Source: a virus (lineage: Duplodnaviria; Caudoviricetes). From it: 64,000 nt of DNA. Made by a program: the position numbers and the translations under genes. Below the pieces are notes generated by a model that saw only the letters and a list, made by a program, of their open reading frames with translations, ran no database searches and had not been told where the DNA came from. Below are positions 1-8,999 of this stretch, piece after piece (position 1 is the first letter of the stretch; each line of letters starts with the position of its first letter). Location of the stretch: positions 3,633 to 67,632 of the IMG/VR virus record IMGVR_UViG_2788500332_000005. One strand, 5' to 3'.

Positions 1-2
1 GT

Positions 3-890
3 ACGGACCGACTTCTCGACGTTGCTCCAGAGCGGCGGCGGCGTGTAGGCCGGCGGCACCGAGACGCTGGCGACGATCGGCTTCAGCACCGCCTCGGCGC
101 TGTCGGTCAGGCGCTTGACGCGCGGGCCGATCACCAGCGACCGCTTGATGCCCTCGACCACCTGCCGGATCAGCGCCGGGCTGGCACCCTCGAACAGGAG
201 CGCGAGCTCACTGATGGCGTCGTCGTCCCAGGTATAGGGCGACAGGTACTTGGCGATGATCGCCCACCGAGCCTCGAAATCCGGCCGCGCTACCTCGATC
301 TGCATGCCGAAGCGCCGCCAGAGCGCCGGATCGATCTGCTCCTGCAAATTGGTGGCTGCGATGAAGATGCCCTCGAACTGCTCGATCTTGCGGAGCAGGA
401 CCGACATGGTGGCACTGCGCTCGTTGTCGGCACCGCCGCCGGTGTTCAGTTTCCGGTCGGAGCCGATCGCATCGAACTCGTCGACGAAGACGATGCAGTC
501 GACACCGGCCTTCTTCACGCCGTCGAACAGCCTGGAGACGTTCGAGCCGGACTCGCCGAGCCATTTCGAAATCAGGTTCTCGGCGCCGACCATAGCGATC
601 GGCAGGTTGAGGCGGGCGGCCAAGTGATGGGCAAGCGTGGTCTTGCCTGTCCCCGGCGGCCCGTAGAGGAGCGCCGATGAGCGCGGCTTGATGCCGACGG
701 CATCGAGCTCCTCTTTGGCGCGGATCTCGGCCAGCCACTCGAAGATGGCCGTCCGGACGCTCGGAGCGAGGATAGGCTCGTCGGCCTTTGAGGGCGGCAG
801 CACATCGGCCGTGTTGCCGAGGGCTTCCTGAAGGCGCTGAGCGGAGGCATCACTCTCGGCGAGAGCGGCGTTGGCGGGACGGCGGGCCAT
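3..890 (-). CDS. AAA+ ATPase, 3'-truncated by the window edge; not in the supplied ORF track
   Basis: Manual translation from the ATG at 890 gives MARRPANAALAES..., Walker A LLYGPPGTGKT, AENLISKWLGES and Walker B IVFVDEFDAIG; I saw no stop codon before the window edge. Confidence 0.85.
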   Translation of the reverse strand, partial: MARRPANAALAESDASAQRLQEALGNTADVLPPSKADEPILAPSVRTAIFEWLAEIRAKEELDAVGIKPRSSALLYGPPGTGKTTLAHHLAARLNLPIAMVGAENLISKWLGESGSNVSRLFDGVKKAGVDCIVFVDEFDAIGSDRKLNTGGGADNERSATMSVLLRKIEQFEGIFIAATNLQEQIDPALWRRFGMQIEVARPDFEARWAIIAKYLSPYTWDDDAISELALLFEGASPALIRQVVEGIKRSLVIGPRVKRLTDSAEAVLKPIVASVSVPPAYTPPPLWSNVEKSVR

Positions 891-891
891 A

Positions 892-1095
892 TCATTCCTC
901 CCAGGTGACGATGTTCCGGAGCGCGCCGGATTTCAGGAGCTCCCCGCAGGGTTCGCAGACGATGCCGTTGCCGGGGCCGCCCATGCCGGAGATCACCCGG
1001 TCGCAGAGGCCGCAGCACATCAGCGCGGCCGTCATGATCATGCCGGTCGTGTCGACCGGCTCGACCGGCTTGAGCTCGTAATGTTTAGGGATCAC
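892..1095 (-). CDS. small Cys-rich (CxxC...CxxC) hypothetical protein
   Basis: CGLC and CEPC pairs; tightly packed in the leftward operon. Confidence 0.6.
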   Translation of the reverse strand: MIPKHYELKPVEPVDTTGMIMTAALMCCGLCDRVISGMGGPGNGIVCEPCGELLKSGALRNIVTWEE

Positions 1096-1098
1096 GGC

Positions 1099-1299
1099 TC
1101 AGTTCTCCGGCTTCGCCAGCCGGGCCGGCGGGAACTGGATCGAGCCGATGGTGATCTCGCCGGCTTCGATGGCCTTGGAAAAAATCATGAGAAAGTCGTC
1201 GGCAGCCGCTTCGGAGTCGAAGCGGAAATAGACGGCGACCTCGGGATCACCTTCATAGCGTTCGGCATGGATGTCGCAGTGGGCGGTCTTTTCGGCCAT
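1099..1299 (-). CDS. hypothetical protein
   Basis: 66-aa ORF abutting its neighbours on the same strand. Confidence 0.6.
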   Translation of the reverse strand: MAEKTAHCDIHAERYEGDPEVAVYFRFDSEAAADDFLMIFSKAIEAGEITIGSIQFPPARLAKPEN

Positions 1300-1302
1300 C
1301 GG

Positions 1303-1974
1303 TCAGCCCTCCCCACCTTCGCCATCGTCAGGCTTGCTCTCGTCGGGCTTGTCCTCGCCGGTGTCCGGCTCCTTGTCCGGCTTTGCCTTTGAGGCATCGG
1401 GCTTTTTGCCGCCAAGACGCGGCTTCCAGGCATCGGGGATGTCCATGCCGTCGGAGCCAGTGATTTCGCAATGGCCCTCGTCCCAGGCGGCGCGGCGCGG
1501 ATCGCCGCTGACGAACGGGTTATCGAGGATCTTCTTGCCGGCGAGCGCGTCGTCGCGGCCGCGCTGGCGCGCCGCCTCGATGTCGGCCGGCGAAATCGTC
1601 TGTTCCGGTTCGGGCTCCGGTTCCGGTGCCGCCGGCTGGATGATGTCGGGATCGTACTCGCTGGTCTCGTGCCGGTTCTGCCGGTTCAGGCGCGCCCTGG
1701 CCGCCTCGCCCAGCGGTGTTCCACCGAGCATGCCGAGGTTGGCCTTGTAGATTTCGGCGATCGCCTCGATCTCCTCGCGCTTGGCGCGGGCTTCCGGCGT
1801 CTCGAAGTATTCCTTGACCGTCTTGCGGATCGCCGCGGGCGAAAGGCCGAGCCCCTTGGCCTCCTGGTAGACGTCCTTGACGTCCGCCGCGATCTCGCGC
1901 TTCTGGGTCTCCAGGCGGATGATCCGGTCGGTGATCGACTTGAGCAGCTTCAGGCTTTCGGGTTCTTGGCTCAT
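1303..1974 (-). CDS. GapR/DUF2312-like DNA-binding protein with a C-terminal RMF-like motif
   Basis: N-terminal LKSITDRIIRLETQKREIAADVKDVYQEAKGLG matches the GapR/DUF2312 pattern; ARQRGRDDALAGK...NPF...RRAAWDEG resembles ribosome modulation factor. Confidence 0.75.
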   Translation of the reverse strand: MSQEPESLKLLKSITDRIIRLETQKREIAADVKDVYQEAKGLGLSPAAIRKTVKEYFETPEARAKREEIEAIAEIYKANLGMLGGTPLGEAARARLNRQNRHETSEYDPDIIQPAAPEPEPEPEQTISPADIEAARQRGRDDALAGKKILDNPFVSGDPRRAAWDEGHCEITGSDGMDIPDAWKPRLGGKKPDASKAKPDKEPDTGEDKPDESKPDDGEGGEG

Positions 1975-2000
1975 GGTGGCCTCGCGCAGGGGAGCGGCGG

Positions 2001-2300
2001 TTAGTTCGGCTGGTCGGTCGTGACGATCAGATCGGCCGGGTCACATCCGAGATGGGCGGCGGCGGCGATCAGCATCTCGGAGCGCATGGAGATCGCGCCG
2101 GACTCGTACTTGCGATAGGCGTTGATCGAGATCGGCTTGTCCTCGGTGCCGAGGAGCTCGCACATCTCCTTGATGGTCTTGCCGGCGGCCTCGCGGGCCG
2201 CCCGAAGGCGGCGCCCCATGGCGGCCGTAAGCTCATTCTTCGGCATGAACTGAGGGTACGGCTGGCGCTCCACGGCGCCGGCCTCGGCTTCGTTGGTCAT
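2001..2300 (-). CDS. XRE-family HTH transcriptional regulator
   Basis: GRRLRAAREAAGKTIKEMCELLG...AYRKYESG; start re-called at the ATG at 2300. Confidence 0.75.
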   Translation of the reverse strand: MTNEAEAGAVERQPYPQFMPKNELTAAMGRRLRAAREAAGKTIKEMCELLGTEDKPISINAYRKYESGAISMRSEMLIAAAAHLGCDPADLIVTTDQPN

Positions 2301-3388
2301 TCCTGACTGGCCTTTTCCTTGAGGGCGGCCACACGCGCCGCCCCTTCTTCGCTGCGCTTGGTAGCGGCTTCCAGGATGTCCTCGTGGCGAGCGAGAAGGG
2401 CCGCGAGCGTCGGCGGCGGCAGCGTTTCCGCCTGCTGTTCGATCCACTGGAAGGCCGGATACCACTTGCCCTTGCCCTCCCACTCACCGAGGGCGGCTTC
2501 CGGCAAGACCGGCTCATCGGAGATCACGCCATCGGAGTCGTGCGGAGGATCGCCGGCGTCGACCTCGTCCGCTTGGGGCGCAACTTCCTCGGCGGCGGGA
2601 GCGGTCTCCTCCTGCACGTTCGGCCCCGGATCGGCTTCGACCGTCTTGATGTGCTCCTTGGGAGCACGGCGCGCCTGGAGGCGATCAAGGGCGTCGGTCG
2701 GCTTGGACTTCCTGCCCTTCTCCTCCGGCCGGATGTCGATCGGCTGGCCCAAGGCAGGCGTGACGTCGCGCATGCTCTCGGCCTCATCGACGTCGTAGAC
2801 GCCCATAATCACATCCGGGAAATGCCGGCGTGCGAGCGCGCGGACCGAGTAATAGCCAAGCTGCTGGTCCGGATCGGTCTTCCAGAGCGGCGAGTTCTTC
2901 GGATTGATATCCTTGAGCTCAGGGCTCTCGTAGGAGTAGGCCTTGCCACTCTTGGCGGTCACCGTCACGGTGCAGCGGCGGCTCTGGCCGGTGCCCGAAT
3001 AGCTGTACTCCGGCCTGTCAACGATCGGCGCGTTCTTGATGATGATGGCGGCGACCGCTTGCGCCTCGTAGGCGATCTGGTCGTTCACCTCATAGCTCTT
3101 GTTGGCAAGAGCGAACGGGTCCATGCCGGTACGGAACGCTAGCATGGCGACCGAGAAGCAGGCACCAGGGTTGTCACGGAGATGCTTGCGCACCGCCGTT
3201 CTCGAACTCGCCATGAGAGCGGCGAAATCAACAATCTCTTTGAGGGACTGCGGCACGATAACGACGCCGCCGATCTGCGGGCCGCGCATGTCGAACATGG
3301 CGATATCCGGCGCGCGCAGGTCGGGTTGCTGGCGCACCGCGGGCGTATTCGCCGCCCCGCGCTGCTGCTGGGAGGAGTAAGCGTTCAC
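2297..3388 (-). CDS. RecT-like ssDNA annealing protein
   Basis: KNSPLWKTDPDQQLGYYSVRALARRHFPDVIMG; adjacent to YqaJ; GTG start with a GGAG SD. Confidence 0.75.
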   Translation of the reverse strand: MNAYSSQQQRGAANTPAVRQQPDLRAPDIAMFDMRGPQIGGVVIVPQSLKEIVDFAALMASSRTAVRKHLRDNPGACFSVAMLAFRTGMDPFALANKSYEVNDQIAYEAQAVAAIIIKNAPIVDRPEYSYSGTGQSRRCTVTVTAKSGKAYSYESPELKDINPKNSPLWKTDPDQQLGYYSVRALARRHFPDVIMGVYDVDEAESMRDVTPALGQPIDIRPEEKGRKSKPTDALDRLQARRAPKEHIKTVEADPGPNVQEETAPAAEEVAPQADEVDAGDPPHDSDGVISDEPVLPEAALGEWEGKGKWYPAFQWIEQQAETLPPPTLAALLARHEDILEAATKRSEEGAARVAALKEKASQE

Positions 3389-3576
3389 GTCGTGCTCTCC
3401 TGGGAGTTGGCGAGGGCGGCCTTGTTCTCGTCCTCGATCTGTTTGACGATGAAGGCGTCCTCGCCCTCCAGCGTCTCTCCGGTGGCTTCTTCGATCCACC
3501 GGAGGTTGACGAGAACGATTTCCAGGTCGCGCCTGAGGTCGTCGATCGTCTTCGAGGGCTGCTTTTGACCGCCCAT
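3385..3576 (-). CDS. hypothetical protein (63 aa)
   Basis: Overlapping stop/start coupling with both neighbours. Confidence 0.55.
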   Translation of the reverse strand: MGGQKQPSKTIDDLRRDLEIVLVNLRWIEEATGETLEGEDAFIVKQIEDENKAALANSQESTT

Positions 3577-4580
3577 CACATGGTCTCCTTGAGGGTGAAG
3601 CCGCCGCGGTAATCGAGAGGCGGCTGGATCTTGGCGGGAATGGCCTTCTCCTCGCGGTGCACGGCCGGCCAGGTGATGGTGAAGCCGTCGCCCCGCGCCT
3701 TGGTCTTCTCGCCCATGCGGATCTGGAGGCGGCCCTTGAGGCCGTCGGCGATCTTGGTCGTGAAATCGAGATGGCGCTTCCAGCGCGCATAGCGCCGGGC
3801 GAGCGCGGCGGCGGCGGCGTCGCCGGTCATATCGGCCAAGGCATCCTTGACGCCCGAGGCGTAGATGTCCTTGGCCGTCTCGGAGTCGGCAAGCCACTCG
3901 GGCGCCGCCGCAGATGACCAGAAGGCCTCGATCGCCTCGGCGATCATCTGCTGCGTCGGCTCGTGCCGCTCGATGCGGCCGCGATAGAGCTTATTGCCGC
4001 CAACGGCCGCCACCACCCACCCGTGGTCGGTGCCGGCGGCGCCGATCTGGCTCTGGCTCTGGAGGTTGATGTGAAGCGGCACGCCGACGATCTCGTCGCC
4101 ATCGACCTGCCACTTATCGCGGAAGACCAGGTAGTCGACGTTCTTGATCTCGACCGGCGCCCCAGCGGCGCCCGCCTCGTGGACCTCGTAGTCGAGCGAG
4201 GCACCCCAGCCCGGCACCGTCGCATGCTGGAGATAGCGGCGGACCTTTCGGATGCCCCACCCCCATTTATCCTTCGCGGCGCCGGCGATGGCCGGCTCCA
4301 TGAAGGTGCCCATGCGAATACGCTCGACCTCGTCGAGGTCATCCGCCTCAACGCCGGCGCGGCGCTCGAGCCAGAGGCGATAGCCGGTCTTGTAGGGGCT
4401 CAGCGAGCAGAGCGGCAGGGCGGCCGGGTCATCCGGGCGCTCGAACAAATGGGTGATCGGCTCGGAACCGTCCGACAGGTGCCAGACGTGGAACAGGCTC
4501 GCGACGTCACTGCCGCCGATGTGCTTGGCGCGCAGTGCGTGCCAGGCCTCCGCCGTGCCGTCGTAGTGGATTGCAGACAT
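3576..4580 (-). CDS. YqaJ-like viral recombinase exonuclease
   Basis: WHALRAKHIGGSDVASL, G...E, ASLD...EIK, Q..Q motifs. Confidence 0.9.
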   Translation of the reverse strand: MSAIHYDGTAEAWHALRAKHIGGSDVASLFHVWHLSDGSEPITHLFERPDDPAALPLCSLSPYKTGYRLWLERRAGVEADDLDEVERIRMGTFMEPAIAGAAKDKWGWGIRKVRRYLQHATVPGWGASLDYEVHEAGAAGAPVEIKNVDYLVFRDKWQVDGDEIVGVPLHINLQSQSQIGAAGTDHGWVVAAVGGNKLYRGRIERHEPTQQMIAEAIEAFWSSAAAPEWLADSETAKDIYASGVKDALADMTGDAAAAALARRYARWKRHLDFTTKIADGLKGRLQIRMGEKTKARGDGFTITWPAVHREEKAIPAKIQPPLDYRGGFTLKETM

Positions 4581-4615
4581 TGCGTCCCTCGCTCAATGAG
4601 AACGAAGGACATATT

Positions 4616-4661
4616 ATCATCTAAATGATATTGTGCAAGGTCGTTATATCATTAAAATGAG
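4616..4661. promoter_or_regulatory. two palindromic operator sites at the leftward early promoter
   Basis: ATCAT-CTAA-ATGAT (4616-4629) and ATCAT-TAAA-ATGAG (4648-4661). Confidence 0.7.
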
Positions 4662-4663
4662 AT

Positions 4664-5263
4664 TCAGACCGGCGGCTGGATGGCAAGGATCCGTTGCACG
4701 GAGATGAGCCGCTGATTTTTGACGGTAGGGCCATGCCAGGGCTGGAAATCGAAATAAGGGGCTGTTCCCGGCGACACGGTGCCGATGATGGCGTCCTGCT
4801 GGCCGAACAGACGGACGACGCACAGCGTGCCGGCAACATCCTCAGGAGCCTCACCAGTCAAGGCGAAGAACACCAGCCAGCCGGCGGGAATGGGGTGAAG
4901 CCCGTCGCTCGACACGAGCGCGACCTCAATCTCGGCCGTGGCATCCAGGTCGGTGGGCCGCGTGACAGCCATATCCTGCACGCTCGATGCCACCCGGCCG
5001 CTGGAAATAACCGCATAGCGAACGTCGATTTTCTGCGGTTCCTTGGCGAAGGCAAAGATGTCGGCCACCGTCACCCCTTCGGCCTCGGCGACCTTTTGGA
5101 GCGTGTCCATCGACGGCGTTTTCGCGTCGCCATTCTTCAGGTTGTAAAAGATCGATGGGCTGAGCCCCGCCTTTCTGGCGAGCGTGCCCGCCTTCAGCCG
5201 CCGAGCCGCCATGAAATTGAAAAGCGCCCGCTTGGCGGCGCCGTCATCGTCATTCTCTGCCAT
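4664..5263 (-). CDS. XRE/CI-like repressor (HTH plus degenerate S24-like C-terminal domain)
   Basis: LKAGTLARKAGLSPSIFYNLKNG HTH; the C-terminal half is beta-rich but shows no clear catalytic Ser/Lys. Confidence 0.7.
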   Translation of the reverse strand: MAENDDDGAAKRALFNFMAARRLKAGTLARKAGLSPSIFYNLKNGDAKTPSMDTLQKVAEAEGVTVADIFAFAKEPQKIDVRYAVISSGRVASSVQDMAVTRPTDLDATAEIEVALVSSDGLHPIPAGWLVFFALTGEAPEDVAGTLCVVRLFGQQDAIIGTVSPGTAPYFDFQPWHGPTVKNQRLISVQRILAIQPPV

Positions 5264-5286
5264 TTCCCACCCTCAGGAGAACCGGG

Positions 5287-5655
5287 ATGCCGAAATCCAT
5301 ACTGAACCGGCTTCCGCGTTCAGTCTGCGGTTCCGTCGCTAAATATCACAATCATAAATGTATTGTCGACGGGTTATCATTCGACTCCAAGCGGGAGGCG
5401 GAGCACTACCAAGTCCTCCTACTTCTGCAAAGAGCCGGACAAATCAGCAATTTACGCCGTCAGGTGAGGTACGACCTGATGGTCAATGGCATCAAGATAT
5501 GCTCCTATATTGCAGATTGTGTGTATGACGATAATCGCACCGGGATGATAGTTGTCGAGGACGTGAAGTCGGGACCGACGAAGACGCGCGAGTACAGGTT
5601 GAAAAAGAAGCTCATGAAGGCCTGCCTCGGTATCGATATCGTCGAGGTGATGTGA
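5287..5655 (+). CDS. DUF1064-family PD-(D/E)xK endonuclease
   Basis: KYHNHKCIVDGLSFDSKREA...YIAD...VEDVK. Confidence 0.85.
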   Translation: MPKSILNRLPRSVCGSVAKYHNHKCIVDGLSFDSKREAEHYQVLLLLQRAGQISNLRRQVRYDLMVNGIKICSYIADCVYDDNRTGMIVVEDVKSGPTKTREYRLKKKLMKACLGIDIVEVM

Positions 5656-5684
5656 TCGGCCGAAATTCGGACTTGCACCAAAAT

Positions 5685-5698
5685 ATCATAACTATGAT
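5685..5698. promoter_or_regulatory. operator site at the rightward replication promoter
   Basis: ATATCAT-AACT-ATGATAT downstream of TTGCAC. Confidence 0.7.
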
Positions 5699-5757
5699 AT
5701 TATCGGCCTTCGACGGGGCGCGTCGGTGTTGACTGCCTCATTCTCAATGAGATCGCG

Positions 5758-7149
5758 ATGGGGCAGGACGGATCAGGCCCGGCAATTCAATGGGCCAAGG
5801 GCGTTGTTATTGCGGACGAAAACCCGGAGTGGATCGTAACGCGCGAATCCCAGGTCGTCGGTTCCGTCCTTCTGCGCCCGGAAATCCTGAGCGCCATCCC
5901 GCAGCTTGAACCGGCCGACTTCTGCGTCGACGAGTACCGACGCGCCTGGAAGGCGATTCTCGGGTTTTCCACCGATCCCCACAAGATATCCCCATTCCCG
6001 GTGGCGCAGGCCGCCGGGGTGGAGCCGGCATCGCTGCTGCGGTGCGTGGCCTCCTTGCCGACGACCATCAACGCCGCCGACTACGCCCGCGATATCCGGG
6101 CTGCCCGGGCGCTGCGGGAATCCCTGGCGCATGCGCGGCAGGCGATGCGCGAGACCGATCCTGCCGGCATGCAGGTCGCCCTCCAGCGCGCCGCGCGGGC
6201 GGTCTACGAGGTCAGGGAGTTCCAGGATTATGCGGCCTCCGCCCTCGCGACGCGCATGCTGGAGAGATACACGGCGATCGCCACCGGGCAGATCGCGCCG
6301 GCGCCGAAATTCGGCATTCCCGCTATGGACGAGACCTTGGGCGGACTGGTCCCCGAGGACCTGCAGGTCTGGGCGGGCCGGCCCGGCATGGGAAAAACGG
6401 CCGTGACCATGTCGCTCACGCGCCAGGCGGCAAAGGCTGGTGCCTTCATCGGCTATTTCAGCCTCGAAATCGGCGAGCATCAATGGACGCCCCGCATGCT
6501 GGCCGACTGCGCCTTCGATTTCGGAGCCAGGATTGCCTTCAAGGCGATCATGCGCGGATCGCTCTACGGCCAGCACGTCGAAGATCTTCAAGACGCCGCG
6601 GCTGCCTTCTCGGAGGTGCCGTATCGAGTTTCCTTCACCGCGAGCCCGACCGTCGCGGAGATCTCCGACACCTGCAAGCGGTGGGAGGATGAGGAAGGGC
6701 GCAAGATCGATGGCGTGGTCGTCGACTATTCGGCCTTCGTGCGGGACACCGGCCAATATCGCGGCAGAGAGGTCAAGCAGGTCGGCGAGATCTTCCTCGA
6801 TCTGAAAAAGATGGCCCGCAGCCTCAAGACCTGCGTGCTGGCCGTGCACCAGCTCAACCGCGGCGTCGAGAGCCGCGAGGACAAGCGCCCGACCATGGCC
6901 GATCTCCGCGACTCCGGAGAGATCGAACAGCATGCGGACAGCGTCAACCTGCTGTTCCGGGAGGAATATTACCTCCAGCGGGAGATCGACAAGCACCCAC
7001 CGAACGAGGCGGAGCTGGAGAGCAAGCGCATCTCGGTCGAGGACCAGGTCGAAGTCATTACCGACAAGAACCGGGCCGGCCCGCCCGGAACAAATCGGCT
7101 GTTCATCAGCGTCGCGAACAACGCGGTGAGATCACTTGCCAAGGAATGA
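5758..7149 (+). CDS. dnaB: DnaB-like replicative helicase
   Basis: AGRPGMGKT, VVDY, QLNRGVESREDKRPTMADLRDSGEIEQHAD, KNRAGP. Confidence 0.95.
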   Translation: MGQDGSGPAIQWAKGVVIADENPEWIVTRESQVVGSVLLRPEILSAIPQLEPADFCVDEYRRAWKAILGFSTDPHKISPFPVAQAAGVEPASLLRCVASLPTTINAADYARDIRAARALRESLAHARQAMRETDPAGMQVALQRAARAVYEVREFQDYAASALATRMLERYTAIATGQIAPAPKFGIPAMDETLGGLVPEDLQVWAGRPGMGKTAVTMSLTRQAAKAGAFIGYFSLEIGEHQWTPRMLADCAFDFGARIAFKAIMRGSLYGQHVEDLQDAAAAFSEVPYRVSFTASPTVAEISDTCKRWEDEEGRKIDGVVVDYSAFVRDTGQYRGREVKQVGEIFLDLKKMARSLKTCVLAVHQLNRGVESREDKRPTMADLRDSGEIEQHADSVNLLFREEYYLQREIDKHPPNEAELESKRISVEDQVEVITDKNRAGPPGTNRLFISVANNAVRSLAKE

Positions 7150-7152
7150 GCC

Positions 7153-7485
7153 ATGGAAATCGAAAAGCAACGTGATGTCTCAGAGCTCGCGAATGCGATC
7201 GAGATGGCCGCCATCGGCGCATCCGGACTGCCGGGAGGCGTGGTCTCTTTCAACGTGTCGCCGGAATGTGCTCGCTCGATCGCCTGGGCGCTTCGCAACA
7301 TAGACCGAATGGATCGGGCCTATAAATCCATGCGGCCGCTCGTGGCCGAGCTCAAGGAACTGCGGGGGTTGCGCATCCACCGGAAGAACCAGTTCGCCGT
7401 GCTCTGCTGGTTTGCCCTTCTCGGACCGGATATGGCGGCTTCGCTGAGAAGTCTGGTCGAATATCTCATTTCGATGATAATGTGA
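7153..7485 (+). CDS. hypothetical protein with a hydrophobic C-terminus
   Basis: Coupled to dnaB; 110 aa. Confidence 0.55.
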   Translation: MEIEKQRDVSELANAIEMAAIGASGLPGGVVSFNVSPECARSIAWALRNIDRMDRAYKSMRPLVAELKELRGLRIHRKNQFAVLCWFALLGPDMAASLRSLVEYLISMIM

Positions 7486-7617
7486 GCTTCCGACGCTGCC
7501 GTGCGTCGAAGAAGGCGCTGCCATGCGCCATGCAGCTGGAGCCCGGTCAACCCGCATGCAGCGACGCCACCCGCTGCCGGCTCCAGCTGCCCCCTCAGGG
7601 TGGCGCAGGTGGTTAGC

Positions 7618-8928
7618 ATGACAGATTGGTTCCGCTCCTGGCACGGAGCTCCGGCGGACCCCAAGTGGCGGACGATAGCCAAGCGCGCAAAGGTGCCGAC
7701 CTCCTTGGTGGTTTCGGTCGCCTGGTCACTTCTCGATCGCGCATCGCAAGCTGACGAGCGCGGTTCGATCATCGGGGCGGATATCGAATCTCTGGCCGAT
7801 TTCCTCGACGCTGAGCCTTCGGATGTCGAAGCGGTGATCAAGGCGATGCATGAGAAGGGCGTCCTCGACGACCAGCGTTTTGCCGCCTGGGAAAAGCGCC
7901 AGCCGAAGCGCGAGGACACCGGCTCAACTGACCGCGTGCGCCAGTTTCGTGAGCGCCAGAAGGCCGGCGTTTCATCCGTTTCGCAACGCAGTGAAACGCC
8001 CATGAAACGCAGTGAAACGCAACGCAACGACACGAAACGCTTTGAAACTACAGATACAGAGTCAGAGACAGAGAAGAAGAGATCAGAGTCTAATAATCAG
8101 CAGCAGCATTCTACGACACCGCGCGAGCCGGCTGCTGCTGCAGCTTCATCGGCTTTGCCGACGATCGATACCAACCAATTCGAGGTGCTTGAGCAAAAGC
8201 TGAGGGCTGCCGCAGGATACGAGCAGGCACCCTACCCCAACCTCTTCAACGTGGGGCCGATCCTGAAGCTCACCCAGGATGGCTTCGATCTCGAGACCGA
8301 CATCCTCCCCATCATCCGGGCGAAGGCCAAGACCGCCAGCAGGCCGGTGCAAAGCTGGGCATTCTTCGTGCCGGCCATCCTCGAAGCCAAGCAGGCGAGT
8401 GGCAAATTCAACGGCGGTCCGTTCCCGGTCGCCCAATCGGCCAAGTCGAAGCAGGAGCAGAGGGCCGAGATGTTCGCCCATCATCGCGCCAACGCCAAGG
8501 CCGACGGCTTCGATCCCGACACGGAGCTTGGCCTGCGCAAGCTGCTGATGGCGATTGCCCGCGGCGAGTGGAAAGCGACATGGGGCTCGGACCCGATCGG
8601 CAAGAACGGCCGAACCGAGCGGTCGGATATCTTGATCCCGGCCGAGTGGCTCGCATCGCATCTGGCGGTGCTGGAAAACTGCGCGGCGCTGCTCTGGAAG
8701 GGCGGCTGCTACAACGACGTCGAGCAACTGGCGCGCTTCATGGGGACGAAGGCAATCCCCGCGAAAACAGCCGACGAGCTCCCCAATCCCGAGATGGCGC
8801 GCCTTTGCGACGAATATCTCAAGATTGATCCGCTTGAGCCGCCGCGCCTCTCCCCGACAACGAAACCCTCTCTGATGCCTGCCATTCCCTCGACGTTTGC
8901 ACAGGACGGCGTTTCTCATCTTAAATGA
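7618..8928 (+). CDS. phage replication initiator-like protein
   Basis: N-terminal WFRSWHG...DPKWRTIAK wHTH-like region, internal repeat/linker region, position downstream of dnaB; start re-called at 7618. Confidence 0.65.
   Translation: MTDWFRSWHGAPADPKWRTIAKRAKVPTSLVVSVAWSLLDRASQADERGSIIGADIESLADFLDAEPSDVEAVIKAMHEKGVLDDQRFAAWEKRQPKREDTGSTDRVRQFRERQKAGVSSVSQRSETPMKRSETQRNDTKRFETTDTESETEKKRSESNNQQQHSTTPREPAAAAASSALPTIDTNQFEVLEQKLRAAAGYEQAPYPNLFNVGPILKLTQDGFDLETDILPIIRAKAKTASRPVQSWAFFVPAILEAKQASGKFNGGPFPVAQSAKSKQEQRAEMFAHHRANAKADGFDPDTELGLRKLLMAIARGEWKATWGSDPIGKNGRTERSDILIPAEWLASHLAVLENCAALLWKGGCYNDVEQLARFMGTKAIPAKTADELPNPEMARLCDEYLKIDPLEPPRLSPTTKPSLMPAIPSTFAQDGVSHLK
7975..8050 (+). repeat. 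iteron-like repeats inside the initiator gene (candidate origin)
   Basis: TGAAACGC(A/C) repeated with about 10-11 bp spacing, plus CGCAA repeats, followed by an A/G-rich tract; similar to the lambda O arrangement. Confidence 0.6.
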
Positions 8929-8999
8929 GAAATCCATCACGAAATCTCAGAACGGTGTCATAGGGCATTTAAACGGAAAAGAAGGGCAGTCGCGCAAAA

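Noticed and set aside
7975-8050. Fourth CGC-NN guide array
   Set aside because: It shows a similar 5/10-nt periodicity but lies inside the initiator CDS, lacks the GGTGC hairpin and CAGCC end, and has low dinucleotide diversity. Iterons explain it better.
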